The position numbers and the translations under genes were made by a program. DNA of 64,000 nt from Octopus bimaculoides (taxonomy: Eukaryota): assembly GCF_001194135.2 (NCBI RefSeq), contig NC_069002.1, positions 2,783,416 to 2,847,415 on the forward strand, written 5' to 3'. Below the pieces are notes generated by a model. The model did no database searches and was not told where the DNA came from. It saw only the letters and a program-made list of their open reading frames with translations. Positions 36,827 to 50,724 of the stretch are shown here, one piece after another. The stretch's first letter is position 1; each line of letters begins with the position of its first letter.

Positions 36827-38052
36827 ATGCACGTCCCTTATTTCAAAATCGCTTTCTCCTCCTCAGTATATCACTCTTTCACAATGTCATCTCTCTACTC
36901 CTGTCTTGCTCCTTATCTCCTACTCCCTATTTCTTTCTCTCTATTTCTCCTTCGCTCTCTCCCCCTATCTCTCCATCTCTCTCTCTCTCTCTCTAGCCTT
37001 CCTCCTCCCCTCTCACATCTTTATTCCCTCCGTTCTCCCTTTCTATATTTCCATCTACCTCTTCTCCTCTCCGACTCAATTTTTTTATGCCATCCCTTTT
37101 CTTCTCAACTGAAACTAAATATTCCATAAGAAACTCTATAAATACGTAGAAAGCATTTAATATCGACGTCTAAAAGCTTATCAATCACCTTCTCTATTCT
37201 ACTCTCCCTTCTTCTCTTCCTCGGAATTCTCGTGAAATGAAGAAGAGAGTGGTAGCAGCAGTAGTAGGAAGGGGGAGATGGGGGGGTAGTGCGCGGCAAA
37301 TCGTTGTCATCAAAGGAAAATGGTGAAAATCAAAATAAAAGAAATCAATGTCCACCAGAACTTCACGAAACAAAAAAATATGAAGATTTAAAGTAGACAA
37401 GATGCCAGAGAGCCTGGAAACCATTTACCTGCCCATCATGGACAAGCACCACAACAGCATCAATAGCGATTAACAACGAAGTTAATCTGTAATCACGACG
37501 GCAACAGCGCACCAGCTAAAAAACAGCAGCAACGACAAAAATAAAGAGGATAAACACAGGTACATGAATAACAACAACCACTGCGAAAACAAAACAATAC
37601 AGACAAGTAAAAACTGCAAGAACAACAACAACGGAATCATCACCATCATCATCATCAACAACAACATTAACAGTAGCAATAACAGCAGCAAAAGAACGAC
37701 GACCAAAAATACTAGAAAAATGGAACTAAAACGGATCAATAATCAGTTCTTGAAGGGTAAGGGATATTCCGTTGAAGCAGTAGTGGGGAGAGGGATCTTT
37801 TCCTGTAGTACTTTGCTCACCTATTTCGGGTGGTTGTGGCGGGTAAATGACGGCGTACTGCAGTGCTGACTTTTAAAAACCGTATTGTCTCAAGGTTGAA
37901 CAGACGGTGTTACGTCAAAAGTGATAACTACAGCTGCTGCACTATTAAAACCCGCTGCCGTGGTTAGTTTGATCTCCACTTTTGTGAATGTGTGCCAAAA
38001 TCGCTTACACTTTCTCTTGGCAAACTTCTGTCACAATTAGGTGCGGTTAAAC

Positions 38053-38154
38053 GCAAAGTCGACCTCGGTGGCATTTGAACTCGGAACGTAAAGACGGACG
38101 AAATGGCGCTAAATATTTTGCAAGGCCTGCTAACGATTCTGCCAGCTAGTTGCC
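38053..38154 (-). mobile_element. SINE family B, 5' half
   Basis: gcaaagtcgacctcggtggcatttgaactcggaacgtaaagacggacgaaat...taacgattctgccagct. Confidence 0.85.
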
Positions 38155-38714
38155 TTTTTATGTGCTCAAATATTTCGTTAAAAAATGCTTAAAATTACCA
38201 ACATTTAGACCAACAAGGCAGAGCAGTATTTCGTACATGTTGTTAGGACACTAAGAACTGTGTTATACAATAGATGAATATTCGGCTGCCAATACTAGCA
38301 GATCAAGCATATAAGTAACAATTTAATCATTTTTAAAGTACTTCAAGGACTACATTATATAAGGTTTCCTTCAATATTTATTGATATTTTTTAATGTTGT
38401 AAATAACGTGTGATGTATGATGATGATGATGATTTGGCTGTTATTTCTCTCATCACCAGCGATTATGTTAAGCAACATGTCCGCTCTCATTTGTCTGGCG
38501 ATTTCTACTCCATGTTTACAGTTAGCGATGCATTAATCAGTTGTACAATGTAGAAACAATAATTAATTAACTCTTTATAATAACATTGGACAACATTCAA
38601 GTTAATTTCCTTTCCACAAACCAATTCATCCATCCTTCTATCTGATAGCCGGCGGATAGTAATGACGTCACAACACGTTTTCATTGTTACCACCACCACC
38701 ACCACCACCATCAA

Positions 38715-38746
<32 letters not shown>

Positions 38747-39212
38747 CCATCATCATAATCATCATCATCATCATCATAAGCATCATCCTCCTTTAATTCA
38801 GCTTCTTGTTCAACATAATTATTATCATCAGGTTCGCATTCCATTACCATTATCTTCACAAGACAAACAATAATCAATTCCGAGCCGGTGAATAAAAAAA
38901 AAAATCTCCACGGTTGATCGACATGCTAATAATAAACAAAACAACAACAAAAATTGTTGCAGCTGAATCGCACCTTAAAGCAAAAGCGTGCCGTGGTGTG
39001 TGTATATAAACATATACACGTTGCACATTATATACGCATATATTGGTGTGTATATGCGTAATATATAAATGTATATAAACATACACACCCTCACACACAC
39101 ATATACACATATAATTGTGTATATCCTGTATCATGTATTTGTATGCGCACAGACACAGACACACACATATATGTATATATGTGTATATATAGAGAGAGAG
39201 AGAACTAGGTAG

Positions 39213-39245
<33 letters not shown>

Positions 39246-40945
39246 AATGCATGTGCATTCGTATGCACATATTTGTGTCTTATTAATGAATATGTATCTA
39301 TACACAAACAACATAATATACCCATTATGTATATATACATATATGTGTGTATGTATGCATATAACCATACACGTACATATATACATACATAATACGCGCA
39401 GATATAAGTTTGAAAAAGATAATAAAACAGAACATGACGTTATCACCATTAAATTCAATCAACTGGAGATGCAGTATGTGCTCGCTTGTATAGCAAGACA
39501 TGTATGATCCGAAAAGAAACAACAAGAACAATACAGAGATACCATCATTAAATCCCGATGGGATATATAAAACAGGGTGTCTTAGATCTTCTTATATAGC
39601 TGGCTCCATGATGACGTGTGAGTAATAAGTAAATAGGTTCTCCGTCGATTCCGACAATGAGCATACCGATTTTTCGATTAACAGAACGACTTGCTTATTG
39701 GATCAGCTTGAAAATAGTCGAGTAACTCGCAGAAAACATGTAATTTTAATGAAGTTGCAAAGCAGAATCAGAGTGACACTGTATGAAACATAGGTGCGAT
39801 TACAATCCATTCGACAGTTTTCCACCGAGTTTCCGTGTCCCCGATTTTATTCACAAGGACTGAATCGACCACAAAACACTCACACATGTATATGTTAGCT
39901 AAAATGACAGGTTTTGTAGATACCATTCAATGGAGCCTCATGTTTGCATAGGCAACTTATTAAGCCCTCGGTCAGGCAGCTAATTTCCCCAACTGTGCAG
40001 TTCCTCTACTCTATCCCAAATCTTTATATTTGTATCATTATATCATGTATGTATGTATCCTTTCTTGATTTGAGTTTCTTGGTTTGATTATTTTTTTTTT
40101 TTAATATAGCATTGTATGTTTCGAAGTGAGACTTAACTGTTATTTCTAGCAGGTATATAGACTACGCGATTTTTATATAAACTATTTTAGCCAGACGCAC
40201 AGACAGGGTAATATTTGTTGTGGATTTTAAATCTTGAAATCAATGATTTAAATTTAAAATGGCGCTCATTAATTATCTCTGGAAATCATTTTTTTGCAGT
40301 TCATTTAAATGAAGCAGCAACATGCTTTTTTTCTTTTTTACATTTTTCGACATGTTTTAAATCGTTGTCATGTAAAAAAAAAAAAAAAGCCTGCGTTCTT
40401 AGAAAATAAAAATAAATTGGTTAGCTGTGAAATTCTGATGCATTTATTTAATTTAGACGACTAACTTTTCTATCAGAATCAAACTCGCACACAAACACAT
40501 CTACAAACATAAACACACACACAGATACATATCTAAACGTGTGTGTGTGTGCATGTATGTATGTATGTGTGTATGTATGTATGTATGTATGTATGTATGT
40601 ATGTATGTATGTATGTATGTATGTATGTAGACACGCACACATGTATCGTTGATGTCTAGACTCACGAAGGCAGACACGTATTTGTAGATCAAGATTAAGT
40701 TTATTGATTCGCTGTTGATTTGGTACCGTTTTCCGTTGGCTTAAGAAACGCTGCTGTTGTTATGGCTGTGATTGCAATGGAAGCGATTGTTGCCTTCGTT
40801 ACTTCTACCCTCGATTAGTCTGAATGAAGCACACCTTTAAAAAGCACCGTTGTAGCTAAGCAATAATGATGAAGTCTCTAATTTTTCTCCGTTCTATACC
40901 CACATAACCAGTTGATAAACCCACATTCTGCATCTATACCCACAT

Positions 40946-41219
40946 AACTGTTGATAAACCTGGAGCATCATCCCCTAAAGTAGTAAGTATGTCAGCATGA
41001 ATGTCCCTCTGCGGTAAACCCTTTTTTCTGCAAGATGCTAAAATTTTGTCGATTTTTAAAAGAAGTCGCTATCGGTTATAGCAGCCAGGTGTCAGTTTAC
41101 CTGGAAAGAAACAATACAGTCATTGATAAGGAGGGTTTGAAATTAATGCATGCAAGTTTTCACAGCTCTAGCATCACCCCTTTATAGACAGCCAAGGAAA
41201 TGTTCAGTTCACCCTCGTA
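40946..41219 (-). mobile_element. Mariner element 5' end: TIR plus N-terminal HTH coding relic
   Basis: Terminus TA-CGAGGGTGAACTGAACATTTCC; minus-strand translation KKGLPQRDIHADILTTLGDDAPGLSTV matches the mariner N-terminus (...IHxDMxxTLGDDAPxxSTVxKW). Confidence 0.8.
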
Positions 41220-41672
41220 CTTTACATACAGACAGTACAGCCTGTTGAAGACAACAAGTTAGTTCTTAGATATACTTAGCAGAAACCAATCTGCTTCAAG
41301 CTATTTCGACCCAAGCTTCCAGACTAAATCTCCACGCCCACCCACCAACTCAAACGACGGTGAGGTTTTAGAAATGTATACGGGTGTAGGATTTCCTTTT
41401 GTGAATGTATTAAGGAAATGCAAATATGTAAAATGTAATTATGAAAACGAAAACAAAGGTAAAATGAACACCTACTTCCCGTTAGTGACTTTGAATGAAT
41501 AAGATCTGATGAGAAGTAATTAATTCTATCATTATTCATGGCTGAAGAACATTATTAATTGGATCCGACAGACTAATTGAGATACGTGTATGTACATATA
41601 TAATGCAACTTAGACAAAATAAGGTTTTTTACAAATGAATATACACTCTCATCATGTACAAGAAGCACATGT

Positions 41673-41722
<50 letters not shown>

Positions 41723-41948
41723 ATACATGCACAAACACACACAAACACACAAATGTGTGTGTGTGTATTTCTAAGTCGCACGCAAGCATGAAGATAAGCA
41801 TATAAACATTCTCATATATCGAAATATAGGATGTACACGCATGTGCACTCATGCGTACACTGTCGTGGCAAAAATGAATTAAACAGGAACACACCATGTT
41901 TGAAGATTATATATATACACATGCAAAACGAGAGAACGCAAAAAAATA

Positions 41949-42210
41949 GAGACTTTCAGATGATGGATTTTTACTACAAATATATGGATATTAATACCGA
42001 AAGATCCAACTTACACAGAGTACAAACCACAGAAAAAATTAAAGTTGTAGAAGAAAGGTGTTATAAGACCACTTATCACACTATATGGAATTACAACACC
42101 TTTCTTCCACCCCCTTTAATTTTCTCTGTCGTTTGTACCCTGTGTAAGTTGGACCTATCAAGATTAATATCCATATGTTCATGCTTAAAAATTCATCTAA
42201 TGAAATTCTC
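41949..42210 (-). other. Long imperfect palindrome, candidate hairpin RNA
   Basis: 42005-42066 pairs with 42091-42153 at 55 of 62 positions around a 24-nt centre, and pairing continues outward with decreasing identity. Strand is inferred from G-U compatibility only. Confidence 0.85.
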
Positions 42211-43131
42211 CCCATTTTGCTTCCTCTCCATTGCCATGTATCCTTATATACATATTTTGCATTTCATACCAAGACTGATATGTTTGATGTATTTAATATA
42301 TTTAATATATCTTATGAAATTATCCGCATAATTGGCTCTATACCCTCTCAACCTTATCCCTCTTATAGCCTTTCATTACCTTGTCGCATAAGAGCCCCTA
42401 AAGAGATTGGAGTCTAGTCTAAGCTTGAATCTTTTGAGCACTAAGTGTCTTCAAAGCGGAGAATCTCTGGATCGCATCTATGAACTGAAATTCAAATTAT
42501 AAATTTTAATTCACAGAAATATCAGCACGGAAAAATCTCTTTGTAGTCATTAATATACTAGAAACAAGAGCCAAATGCAACACAATCTAGCACAGTATAA
42601 AAAGAAGGATGTATTCGATAATATACTCCTTAATGTATCTCCTGTAAACTAGAAGCGCCTGTATTTGTTTAAATATGATCCATCATAGGTTTGCTTAATC
42701 AGCGGTGTTCTTGGACAGGAATAACAACCACAACAACAGCAACAACATCCTTTTTATATGTGTCTAATTTAATATTTGAGATTTCACGATTTTGTATCTG
42801 AAACAATTATGAAAGAAAACAGGACGATACAAGAAATTGCATTTATGATACAAAACAATGCATTCAATATGGCGTTTATACCATTAGGTTTTGATTTAGG
42901 ATTCATATTTTCTTTTCCCACCTGAATTTCCAACTCTTAAGCCGCATCAAGTGACACTTTTACAAAGATTTTTCATTATTTTTACGCATACAATCATAAT
43001 ATTCCCCATGCGGATGAGAAAATGAACGACATTCTTCTCAACAACAACATGACTTAAAATAAATAGACAAACGAGAGAACCAGATACAAAACACTTGTTG
43101 TAAACACACATCTACTCATGTACGTATGCAT

Positions 43132-43173
<42 letters not shown>

Positions 43174-43183
43174 NNNNNNNNNN

Positions 43184-43219
<36 letters not shown>

Positions 43220-43484
43220 ATACACACATACACATACATACACATATGCACGCACACGAGTGTGCACATGAATACATTGAGGAGCATATGCCAGTGTGTG
43301 CTCAAGAGGGTATGTGAATGTGGGTCCCTGAGTGCGGTGGTTAGAAAAAATCTCATAGTGCTATGTACATGTATATTTAATAAACAAAATACTTACGACT
43401 GAAATTATTACACGGACATGCACAAAAGCAGCACCCTTACACACACATACACACACAGAAACATTATATACATATAGATATATG

Positions 43485-43860
43485 CATATATATATATGTT
43501 GTTATATGTATATTCATGTGTGTGAGAGGAAAAAAAGGAACTAAAGAAAGAGCAACAACATAAATACATAAAGACAAATCCTGAAATGAATGAAACGGAG
43601 GAAGAAATATNNNNNNNNNNNNNNNNNNNNNNNNNNNNNNNNNNNNNNNNNNNNNNNNNNNNNNNNNNNNNNNNNNNNNNNNNNNNNNNNNNNNNNNNNN
43701 NNNNNNNNNNNNNNNNNNNNNNNNNNNNNNNNNNNNNNNNNNNNNNNNNNNNNNNNNNNNNNNNNNNNNNNNNNNNNNNNNNNNNNNNNNNNNNNNNNNN
43801 NNNNNNNNNNNNNNNNNNNNNNNNNNNNNNNNNNNNNNNNNNNNNNNNNNNNNNNNNNNN

Positions 43861-43893
<33 letters not shown>

Positions 43894-44024
43894 TTATACA
43901 TATATATATATGTTGTTATATGTATATTCATGTGTGTGAGAGGAAAAAAAGGAACTAAAGAAAGAGCAACAACATAAATACATAAAGACAAATCCTGAAA
44001 TGAATGAAACGGAGGAAGAAATAT
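43485..44024. repeat. Identical 126-bp duplication on both sides of a gap (probable assembly artefact)
   Basis: 43485-43610 equals 43899-44024, and the first copy ends exactly at the N run. Confidence 0.85.
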
Positions 44025-44304
44025 AACAATAATGAAGAGCACGAGTAAAGAAACGTAAAGAGAAAAAAATGTCAAGAAAGAAACAAATGACAGAACGAAA
44101 AAAATAAAGAGGAGAAGAAAAGCAGAAGAGTAAAATCAACGAAAAAAAAAACCAAAACAGCTGAAGGAAAGGAGGAAAGGAGAACAGAAAGAAAGGAAGG
44201 AGGAAGGAAGAAAAGAAAGAAGAAAGGAAGGAAAGAGAGAATGAATGGATATTCCCACCACGTTCCAGAGCACGAAATCAATTTTCCCCGAGCTATAAAC
44301 TTTT

Positions 44305-44345
44305 AAAAGCAATATAATGCTCTTTGTTGACTTTTCAAAAGCATC
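44305..44345 (+). mobile_element. Tiny LINE RT remnant
   Basis: MLFVDFSKA resembles the non-LTR RT motif xFVDFSKAFD; very short. Confidence 0.3.
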
Positions 44346-45352
44346 GAGGAGAAACAGATACATAATTTATACATGATAATAATAAAACAAACATAAAAGG
44401 AAACAATTGATGATGTTGTTGCTACTGTTGTTGTATTATTTGTTTGTTTATGTGTATCTTTTATCTGTTTTGGGGGGTTATTTAGGTTTTTTTTCTAATT
44501 TGTCTTTTTTATTTGGTCGAATATCATCTCTGTTAATTTCTGAAAAATCCTTGAAGACCTCTGGGAAAAATATGAGAAAGTATCTCTTCTCTTTCTCTGT
44601 CCCTGATGGCCATTAGAGCTTTCAGTTTTTGTCTCCAAATTATACAATCATACCTTCACCCACTATCTCGCTCTCAGTGTCTTTATATACTATATATATA
44701 ACGGACCTAACATATATACCTAATACACATACGCGCACACACACATATGTATGTATGTATGTATGTGTGTGTTTGTGTGTGTATGTATGTATGTATGTAT
44801 GTATGTATGTATGTACGTATATATGTATGTATATGTATATATGTGTGGTTCTTTGTCTACATATTTATAGGTAGAAATGTGTTTATATCTATATGTGATG
44901 TATTTTGGTCTGTTTATTCGGTTAGCATTCTTTTCCATTAGATTGTCTCCACTACGTTTGTTTGCTGTTTATTATGTAATACAAACAATTTATTTAGAAT
45001 ATTTATTTCTTGTGGTGAAAAAGTAACTATAACGAAAATAAGAAAATATCAGAAAATTCATACAAAATATATATTATACGTAGCAAAATATTGCAAAACA
45101 AAGCAGAAATTTATATTGTCATATGAATAACAATAACAATAATATTGATGGAATGAACAACATAACCGTGTACAAATATATAGGCACATCCTAGCATATA
45201 TATATATATATAGGTATGTGAGTATACATACACTCATATATGTACTAATATACATATATATACACATATTTATATGTATATATATTCATATATACATACA
45301 TGTATTCATACACATATACATATATATATACATACATGAATACATTCATACA

Positions 45353-45445
<93 letters not shown>

Positions 45446-46240
45446 ACACCTATCTCTACGTATAATATTGCGAGAAAATCACGGAGAGCATATTTAAAAC
45501 AGCAAGTTACATAGAAAAAATAAATCTTGTATATTTTTAGTATAAACTTGTTTAAAAATAACATTCATATAATAAATATTTTAATTAAATTACATAAACA
45601 TATATGTAACATATATCATAAGAAAGTATATGTAAAAAATGTAAACATTTGAAGAAGTAACATTTGAGGGTGAGTATGCTAACGTGTCGATAACCATATA
45701 TGCAGTAGAACCTTTTCCAGTTATCACATTCAGTAATTAGATAATTGAAAGTGACACCGCCTCTATACGCGATCGATAAATCAACTAGCGTGTTATTTCA
45801 GCCATCCACTCTGATGATACAAAATGAAAGCTATAAGACAGAAGAAGAGAGAGTAGAGGATGGGATAAAAGAAGAAATAACGGTAAAGGAAGACGAGGAA
45901 GATGAATAAAGAGAGAATAAGATGAAGGAAAGTTTTGGTGTGTAGGATTGTTTATTGGCTGACAGTTTTGTTAAAATGAGCGGCCGACATATGATCGATC
46001 AACTTGCTAAAAAGAACGGTAAAATATCTAACACATCAATCGTTTCTATGTTAAACCAGAGCAAGTTGGACAATACACACTCTGATATTCAAATGAGGGG
46101 ATTGTTACCAAAGTAAATGCCTTTCACCACCGATATATTCTACTACGACAGACTACGTTGCATTCGGCAACATAGTCGTAGAAAATCTGTTACTGAAGCA
46201 GCGTACATCTTACCAAGAAATACTTAATACGAGTTGATGT

Positions 46241-46288
<48 letters not shown>

Positions 46289-46613
46289 NNNNNNNNNNNN
46301 NNNNNNNNNNNNNNNNNNNNNNNNNNNNNNNNNNNNNNNNNNNNNNNNNNNNNNNNNNNNNNNNNNNNNNNNNNNNNNNNNNNNNNNNNNNNNNNNNNNN
46401 NNNNNNNNNNNNNNNNNNNNNNNNNNNNNNNNNNNNNNNNNNNNNNNNNNNNNNNNNNNNNNNNNNNNNNNNNNNNNNNNNNNNNNNNNNNNNNNNNNNN
46501 NNNNNNNNNNNNNNNNNNNNNNNNNNNNNNNNNNNNNNNNNNNNNNNNNNNNNNNNNNNNNNNNNNNNNNNNNNNNNNNNNNNNNNNNNNNNNNNNNNNN
46601 NNNNNNNNNNNNN

Positions 46614-46650
<37 letters not shown>

Positions 46651-46651
<1 letters not shown>

Positions 46652-46688
46652 GGTAATCCCTCGCCATATCGTGGTTCACCTATCGCGG
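46651..46688 (+). mobile_element. pogo/Tigger-like terminal inverted repeat end
   Basis: cggtaatccctcgccatatcgtggttcacctatcgcgg after a TA run resembles CAGTAATCCCTCG-type termini; no partner end found. Confidence 0.45.
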
Positions 46689-48465
46689 TTTATTATTTAA
46701 GTTTTTAAACAGTGAATTGTTGCGGATGTCCACCAGAATAAAATAGCAATCAAAGAGATCCGTTCGAAACTCAAGGTATTCCTCTCACGATGTATTTTGC
46801 GTTTCTCTCACGTGATAGAAACGCAAAATACGGTTATGTCCTTTACCAAATACCTCTCAGAAGCCATGTTATTGGTTAACTTCACGCTGCTACGGTAGCT
46901 ATTCCCCACTAAAGTGTGGCACACAAAGATAGCATCGCGAATCACATGGTTGCTATGCGAAAGCGTTAACCACGCAGCCGTACGTGCACTCATGGGGAAT
47001 ACAAGAAAGAATTTATATGTATATTAAGGAAAGAGAGAAAAAAATATCAATTTACAAATGGAAAGAAACCACACAAAAAAATGTGGAATGATAAAATAAC
47101 AATAAAAGATTGTCTTTAACTGCATATCATCTGATAAAATATCTTGACAGCCGTATAAATACGAAAACAACAGTGTATGGAATCATCATCATCACCATCA
47201 CCGCTATTATCATCATCATCATCAGCTTCATTATCATTATTATCTTCATCTTTATCATCATTATCATCACAATCGTCATTAAAATTTTTTTTTCCTAAAA
47301 TATATTTAAAAGAAACATTAATATATCAGATAACAAATTTTAGTAAATAAACAAAATTGCAATAACAAAAAATAAATATGACAAAAATCTTGTAATAATT
47401 GAGAAAATATTATGAGAAACCGTAAAATGTTAATTTAAAAATATTATATTATGTAAAAACAAAAATGAAGAAANNNNNNNNNNNNNNNNNNNNNNNNNNN
47501 NNNNNNNNNNNNNNNNNNNNNNNNNNNNNNNNNNNNNNNNNNNNNNNNNNNNNNNNNNNNNNNNNNNNNNNNNNNNNNNNNNNNNNNNNNNNNNNNNNNN
47601 NNNNNNNNNNNNNNNNNNNNNNNNNNNNNNNNNNNNNNNNNNNNNNNNNNNNNNNNNNNNNNNNNNNNNNNNNNNNNNNNNNNNNNNNNNNNNNNNNNNN
47701 NNNNNNNNNNNNNNNNNNNNNNNNNNNNNNNNNNNNNNNNNNNNNNNNNNNNNNNNNNNNNNNNNNNNNNNNNNNNNNNNNNNNNNNNNNNNNNNNNNNN
47801 NNNNNNNNNNNNNNNNATATATATATATACATACACATTTAAAGAGAGTAGTGACGTATAAAACAGATAAAGATGGGGAATGAGAGAGTTGATTACGCAT
47901 CAGCTCCAATTCATAACAGGTACGTTATTTCATCTGACTGTAGAAGGATTAAAGACAAACTAGGCTACGTTAAAGTTTCAGTTCAGAACTAAAAAAAAAG
48001 AGCATAAATACATAGACGAACATCTGCCTGAATTATTCTGTCTGCTATTTGTAGAACACCTAGAAATAGCAGTCAAATGGTTCAATAGTTCTATCTCGTA
48101 CATTACAATTATGAGAGATAAGCGAAGAGAGATTGCGTTGTGCATATAGATTAGAAGTATAATTCCTGATATTTTTAAAAGAAAATACCAAAATGGTTGT
48201 TCATAACTGGATCATGTTAGTACATTGATATATACACGATCATAGTTGGCCTTGGGCTAAATATTAATAACAGCAGCAGATATTAAATGATGAATAATTA
48301 CATATTATATAATAACGCATTGTAAAAGCAATAAAAATATTTTTACGTAACACAAACAACGAATGATTACAGCTGATACAACAGAATATTATTAAAATTA
48401 ATAAATTATTATTTGATAGAAATTAATATATGCAACACTGTGTGTGTGTGTGTGTGTGCGCGTGC

Positions 48466-48527
<62 letters not shown>

Positions 48528-49415
48528 GTGATATTGTAAAGTATAAATATAGAAATCACGAAAATGTTATCACATTATTTACTAAATAACATAAACATAC
48601 AAGAGAAATATGAATAAATAAAGAGAAGCAAAAGATTGTTTTTTAAACTAATATATATGCGTGTACATGTCTTTGATTGTATGTGTGTATGTGTGCGTTG
48701 CGTGCGTGCGTGCGTGCGTGTGTGTGTATATGAACGTTTGCCTGTGTATATCTATGTATTAACAAGTAATTANNNNNNNNNNNNNNNNNNNNNNNNNNNN
48801 NNNNNNNNNNNNNNNNNNNNNNNNNNNNNNNNNNNNNNNNNNNNNNNNNNNNNNNNNNNNNNNNNNNNNNNNNNNNNNNNNNNNNNNNNNNNNNNNNNNN
48901 NNNNNNNNNNNNNNNNNNNNNNNNNNNNNNNNNNNNNNNNNNNNNNNNNNNNNNNNNNNNNNNNNNNNNNNNNNNNNNNNNNNNNNNNNNNNNNNNNNNN
49001 NNNNNNNNNNNNNNNNNNNNNNNNNNNNNNNNNNNNNNNNNNNNNNNNNNNNNNNNNNNNNNNNNNNNNNNNNNNNNNNNNNNNNNNNNNNNNNNNNNNN
49101 NNNNNNNNNNNNNNNNNNNNNNNNNNNNNNNNNNNNNNNNNNNNNNNNNNNNNNNNNNNNNNNNNNNNNNNNNNNNNNNNNNNNNNNNNNNNNNNNNNNN
49201 NNNNNNNNNNNNNNNNNNNNNNNNNNNNNNNNNNNNNNNNNNNNNNNNNNNNNNNNNNNNNNNNNNNNNNNNNNNNNNNNNNNNNNNNNNNNNNNNNNNN
49301 NNNNNNNNNATATTCTTAACATTTTTATTATCAGCATCATCATCATCATCATCAACGTCATCATCACCACAGTATAACCATTTCTGTTACTCTGATGACG
49401 ATGATGATGATGATG

Positions 49416-49465
<50 letters not shown>

Positions 49466-49468
<3 letters not shown>

Positions 49469-49549
49469 CCTTTCTATTAAAGGCGCAAGGGCCTGAAATT
49501 TGAGGGGAGGGAACTAGTCGATTGCATCGATCCCAGTTGACAACTGGTA
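49466..49549 (-). mobile_element. SINE family B, 3' part between (AAT)n arrays
   Basis: ctagtcgattgcatcgatcccagttgacaactggta. Confidence 0.7.
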
Positions 49550-49558
49550 ATAATAATG

Positions 49559-49618
<60 letters not shown>

Positions 49619-49899
49619 TGAAGAAGAAAATGTGATATTAAATGAGGAGGAGGAAGGGAAAATGAAGGGAGGAGGAAGGGAGTAGTTTGAGTAGGTGGAA
49701 GAGAGGGACGAAGGGGTAGGGGACAACAACGACGATGACGACGATGGCGATGATGATGATGATAATGATCATCATCTGACGATGAAGAACTCGGTGCGTC
49801 GAACGAAGAAAAGACAAGTTTGCAGTTTTCTTGAGTAAGATTATGGATAGTATACAATATACCTGAATGTATGAGCGATAATACAATCCTGGTACTACA

Positions 49900-50550
49900 T
49901 ACGCTCTAATTAGGACTAAGGAATAAGGAAATTCACCCATCCGAGGGCACCTCGTAAAGCCAAGTGCAAATGCTGACCCTTAATTGTTTGCAGGTACATG
50001 TTTAGGGTCGATTATTTCCACTCCAACCATTTTCCCAAAAGTTAGCGATATTCAAATAGAATTCTTGGGACTGGAATGGTGTACAGGTAGGCAAAGGCAA
50101 ACACCTTCCTGTCTACTCTGATATTCTTTTCGAGATAGAACTTCTTATTGTCAAAGATGAAGGCGTCTTTGTTCGTCCCTTCTCATTAGTTTTGTTCTTG
50201 TCCAGCGTACGACATTTTTCGACATAGCAACCAGACACAGGAAAAAAACTACAGGTCCAGTCCTTTTTGAAGGAGGTCGGGTCGGTGCGCCGATCTCGGT
50301 ATATTCGGCCGATAATATGATCCGTGATACACATGACAAAAGCTGATTAACTTAATTCCCTTGATCAGAAAGGCCCAGAGACTGCACGAATCAGTGCAAG
50401 ATTTGTTGTGCTCGCATTTGGTACACTCCTGCCTGACAGCACTTCTGTGCCTGTTGAGGTTTTTTTCTCGAAATAGGTGTGCCTGTCTATAGTACTGTCA
50501 GGCTAAGAATTTCTGGACGATGACCATAATAGTTACTACCCTGTCCGAAA
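49900..50550 (-). mobile_element. L1/Tx1-type LINE ORF2 C-terminal (zf-RVT) relic plus probable 3' UTR
   Basis: Frameshifted minus-strand translation QKFLA*QYYRQAHLFREKNLNRHRSAVRQECTKCEH..., NQLLSCVSRIILSAE..., VFFLCLVAMSKNVVRWTR, FYLEKNIRVDRKV fits the post-RT W+xxxxxLPxxxxLxxxG...CxxC region. Confidence 0.7.
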
Positions 50551-50688
50551 GTTGTCATTATTAATGCAGCCATTTTGTAATCAGTGTTGCTAGAGTCTCA
50601 CCCCACCCCCGGAATTCTCACAACACATTACTTTATTCAACTCTAGATCGGCTCTAAAATAACTACTACTACAAGTAGTAGTAGTAGC

Positions 50689-50724
<36 letters not shown>

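Noticed and set aside
43485-44024. Recent segmental duplication as real biology
   Set aside because: The copies are identical and separated only by a gap and (TA)n, the signature of overlapping contig ends or two haplotypes
45812-45840. CTGATGA...GAAA hammerhead candidate
   Set aside because: No stem II pairing and no stem III or cleavage triplet
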